64,000 nucleotides of DNA from Flavobacteriales bacterium (lineage in GTDB: Bacteria > Bacteroidota > Bacteroidia > Flavobacteriales_F > PHOS-HE28): contig JADKGB010000013.1 in the NCBI GenBank assembly GCA_016717225.1, positions 34,144-98,143 of the forward strand, given 5' to 3'. A program made the position numbers and the translations under genes. This document shows, one piece after another, positions 60,588-64,000 of the stretch; position 1 is the stretch's first letter; every line of letters starts with the position of its first letter. The notes beneath the pieces were generated by a model. The model was not told the DNA's origin, did no database searches, and saw only the letters and a program-made list of their open reading frames with translations.

Positions 60588-62823
60588 ATGCGCTTCGCTC
60601 CACTCCTCATCGCCTTCCTGATCGCTGCATACGCCTCGGCCCAGAGCGGCACCCTTCGTGGCCGGGTGATGGATGCAGCAGGCCCGGTTCCGTTCGCGAG
60701 TGTCGCGGTTCGAGGAACCGGCGCTTCCGCAGCAACGGATCAGGAAGGACGGTTCACCTTGATGGATGTCCCGGCAGGGCGGCGTGTCTGGTAGTCATGG
60801 CCATCGGTTTTGAGCGCTTGGAAACCACGGTTCATGCCGTGGCCGGTGGCACGACCGATCTCGGGGATGTGCGGCTGGTGCCCACATCCGGAGAGCTGGA
60901 AGAGGTTGTCGTTACCGGCACGCTGAAGGAAGTGAGCCGCAGTGAGAGCCCCGTTCCGGTGGAAGTCCTTTCCTCCGCGTTCTTCCGCAAGAACCCGAGC
61001 CCGGCGCTGTTCGATGCGGTGGGCATGGTGAACGGCGTGCGCCCGCAGATCAATTGCAGCGTGTGCAACACGGGGGACATCCATATCAACGGCATGGAAG
61101 GTCCGTACACGATGGTGCTGATCGACGGCATGCCGATCGTGAGCGGGCTCAGCACCGTGTACGGCTTGAGCGGTATCCCCAACAGTTTGGTGGAGCGCGT
61201 GGAGGTGGTGAAGGGACCCGGGTCCGCGCTGTACGGCAGCGAGGCCATGGGCGGCATCATCAATGTGATCACAAGGACCCCGTGCTCGCGCCACGGTTCA
61301 GCGCCGATGTGTTCGGCACCACGTGGAACGAATGGAACGCGGATCTCGGCATGCGCTTGGGCAAGGGGCGTGCGCGCGACCTGCTCGGGGTGAACCTGTT
61401 CCGCTACAACGACCCGCGGGACATCAACAACGATGGCTTCACGGATGTCACCCTGCAGGAGCGGGTGTCCGTCTTCAACAAGTTCGACCTGCAGCGACCA
61501 CAGCACCGCTTGGCGAGCCTGGCCGCGCGGTACGTTACCGAGGACCGGTGGGGAGGCCAGTTGCAGTGGACCGATGCCGACAAGGGGAGCGATCGCGTGT
61601 ACGGCGAGAGCATCAACACCGAGCGCTACGAACTGATCGGCCAGTACCAATTACCGCTGCGCGAACGGGTGATCACGCAGTTCTCTTTCAACAGCCACGA
61701 GCAGGACTCGTGGTACGGCGTGGCACCGTTCCGCGCGCAGCAAAAGGTCTTCTTCTCGCAAATGCACTGGGCCCGCGATATGGGCCTTCGGCATGATCTG
61801 TTGCTCGGTGCCGCTTACCGATACACCTGGTATGATGACAACACGGTGGCAACGCGCGATGAAGCCTCCCGCACGCCACTGCCCGGCCTGTTCGTGCAGG
61901 ATGAATGGGCGATGACCGATGCCCAGAAGCTCCTGCTCGGGTACCGGGTGGACCATGATCAGGAGCATGGTCTGGTGCATTCGCCGCGCGTGGCCTACAA
62001 GTGGGCGCCCACAGGGCGCTTCGCTGTGCGCGCGAGCTTTGGCACCGGCTATCGCGTGGTGAACCTCTTCACCGAAGACCACGCGGCGCTCACCGGCGCG
62101 CGGGAGGTGGTGATCGCCGAAGATCTGCAGCCCGAGCGATCGCTGAACGGCACATTGAACATCGTGCGCAAGTGGCCCGGCGTGAAGCACTTCTTCGGCC
62201 TCGACCTCTCCCTTTTCCACACGCGGTTCAGCAACCGCATCCTGCCGGACTATCTGGTGGACCCCGACCTGATCGTATACGACAACCTCAACGGCTTCGG
62301 GATCTCCCAAGGGGTCAGCCTCAACGCCGAGGCGCGGTCGGGGAAAAACCTGCGGCTGATGGCCGGGGCAACGTGGATGGACGTGTATACGCAGGAGGAT
62401 CTCGCCGATGGCATTTCGCAGCGGCAGGACGCGTATTTCGCTCCGGACTGGTCGGGCACCTTAACGGTGAGCTTGGCGCTGCCGAAGCGCTGGAGTATCG
62501 ACCTCACCGGCCAGTGCTACGGACCGATGCGCCTGCCCGTGCTGCCGAACGATTTCCGGCCCGAGCGCTCGCCCACTTACGCTATCGTGAACCTGCAGGT
62601 GAAGCGGCCGATCGGCGAACATTTCGAGTTGTACGGCGGGGTGAAGAACCTGCTCGACTTCGTGCCCAGCGACCCGCTCATGCGGCCCTTCGATCCCTTC
62701 GATCAACAAGCGGGCGACCCCACAACGAACCCGTACGGCTACACCTTCGACACGTCCTATATGTACGCCCCGGTGCAAGGGGCGCGAGGGTTCTTCGGGG
62801 TGCGGTACACGCTTGCGGACTGA
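60588..62823 (+). pseudogene. TonB-dependent receptor, two frameshifts (~60790 and ~61281)
   Basis: Signal and CarboxypepD_reg (..GTLRGRVMDAAGPVPFASVAVRGTG...). Plug (..VVKGPGSALYGSEAMGGIINVITRTP). Barrel ending ..GFFGVRYTLAD. Split over three frames. The second junction is an acccc/accccc run. Confidence 0.8.
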
Positions 62824-62945
62824 CCGATTGGTTCCGCTTGCCCGGGTAACCGCCGATGGAAAGGATGATAGGAATATACGCTGAAGGGGCCTCCCGTAAG
62901 CCTGTATGTGTCGGACTTTGCAGTCGCGGGTACTTTCGCGGCCCG

Positions 62946-64000
62946 ATGTACGCTCTGATTCGACCACTCCTCTTTCTGCTCTCCCCGGAGCGCGCGCACA
63001 AAGTCACGTTCTCAATACTGGAGCTTGCGAAAAATGTGCCCGGAGCGTTGGCACTGGTAGGCGGTATGCGGCCACCGGCAAACGCGGCCGTGGATGTCAT
63101 GGGCCTGAAATTCCCCGGACCCGTTGGTCTCGCCGCTGGCATGGACAAGGATGCGAAGCACGTCGACGCGCTTGGGCATATCGGCTTCGGGCATGTGGAG
63201 ATCGGTACTGTAACGCCATTACCACAACCTGGCAACGATCGTCCGCGTCTTTTCCGCCTGAAGGCCGATCGAGCCTTGATCAACCGCATGGGGTTCAATA
63301 ACGAAGGAGTCATTGCTGCCTCATCACGACTGAAGGATCGTGTACCGGGGATCATCGTCGGTGGTAACATCGGAAAGAACAAGGTGACGCCGAACGAGAA
63401 CGCGGTGGACGACTATTTGAAGTGCTTCGAGGTGCTGCATCCTGTGGTCGACTACTTCGTGGTGAACGTGAGCTCGCCGAACACTCCGGGGTTGCGTGCG
63501 TTGCAGGAGAAGGAGCCATTGTTGGCCCTCCTTTCCACGCTGACAACAGGGTGAGGGGCAGCGCAGTTGCACGAGAGCAACGCATCCACTCGACGACCAC
63601 CTATCCTGCTGAAGATCGCTCCTGACCTAACCAATGAACAGCTCGACGACGTGGTGAGCGTGGTGAAGGAGAGCGGCATTCAAGGCGTGGTGGCAACGAA
63701 CACGACGATCTCGCGTGAAGCATTGAAGATGCCAAAGAGCGAACTTGATGCGATCGGCGCAGGAGGGCTGAGCGGTGCGCCGGTCCGGGCCAGAAGCAAT
63801 GAGGTGCTGCGCTACCTGCGCGCGCGACTACCCAGACCCTTCGTGCTCATCGGCGTTGGTGGAATTGACAGCGCCGAAGCCGCGATCGAGAGATTGGAAG
63901 CTGGTGCCGATCTTGTGCAGGTGTATACCGGTCTCATTTATGAGGGTCCAGCGTTGTTGAAGCGCATCAATGAAGCATTTGTGACATGGAAGGCAAACAA
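62946..64000 (+). CDS. pyrD: dihydroorotate dehydrogenase (quinone), class 2, with an in-frame TGA at ~63552 (3' partial, continues beyond the window)
   Basis: MYALIRPLLFLLSPERAHK... GFGHVEIGTVTPLPQPGN...GGNIGKNK. After TGA the same frame continues ..RRPPILLKIAPDLTNEQLDDVV..GIDSAEAA.. Confidence 0.8.

Noticed and set aside
1-64000. CRISPR arrays, transposases, integrases and phage genes
   Set aside because: I found none on either strand. The only repeats are the ~77 bp pair, the TGTACA array and the homopolymer tracts.

Overview
This is a 64 kb chromosomal window from a GC-rich (~58%) member of Bacteroidota. The assignment rests on three type-IX-secretion C-terminal sorting domains, SusC-like TonB-dependent receptors, DUF1800/DUF1501 and DUF2490 genes, and a zapA-rny pair. 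About 60 genes are identifiable, almost all housekeeping or envelope functions: lemA-TPM-TPM-djlA, kup, an RND efflux operon, a LytS/LytTR two-component pair, ftsK, zapA-rny, msrB, tRNA-Val, an ECF sigma factor, mscS, smpB, mntR-mntH, pyrD and four TonB-dependent receptors. I found no CRISPR array, phage, transposase or recognisable defence island. Four things stand out. (1) At least 12 genes are broken by +/-1 frameshifts, nearly all inside G/C (or A) homopolymer runs. That pattern points to systematic sequencing error rather than real pseudogenes. (2) An 850 bp gene-free region downstream of ftsK carries seven phased palindromic TGTACA motifs at a ~42 bp period and ends in a G14 run. (3) A 51 nt poly-C tract (C27-G-C23) abuts the msrB start codon next to tRNA-Val. 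Together with the G14 run it may mark misassembly joins or G-quadruplex-forming elements. (4) An ~80 bp direct repeat flanks a class-C-beta-lactamase-family gene, and its second copy lies upstream of the RND efflux operon. Other notable items are a canonical bacterial SET-domain protein with a Lys-rich tail, an Nramp-UspA fusion with a DtxR-type operator, and an in-frame TGA inside pyrD. I could not identify a clearly novel multi-gene system with confidence. The TGTACA array and the repeat-flanked hydrolase/efflux neighbourhood are the best candidates for follow-up.
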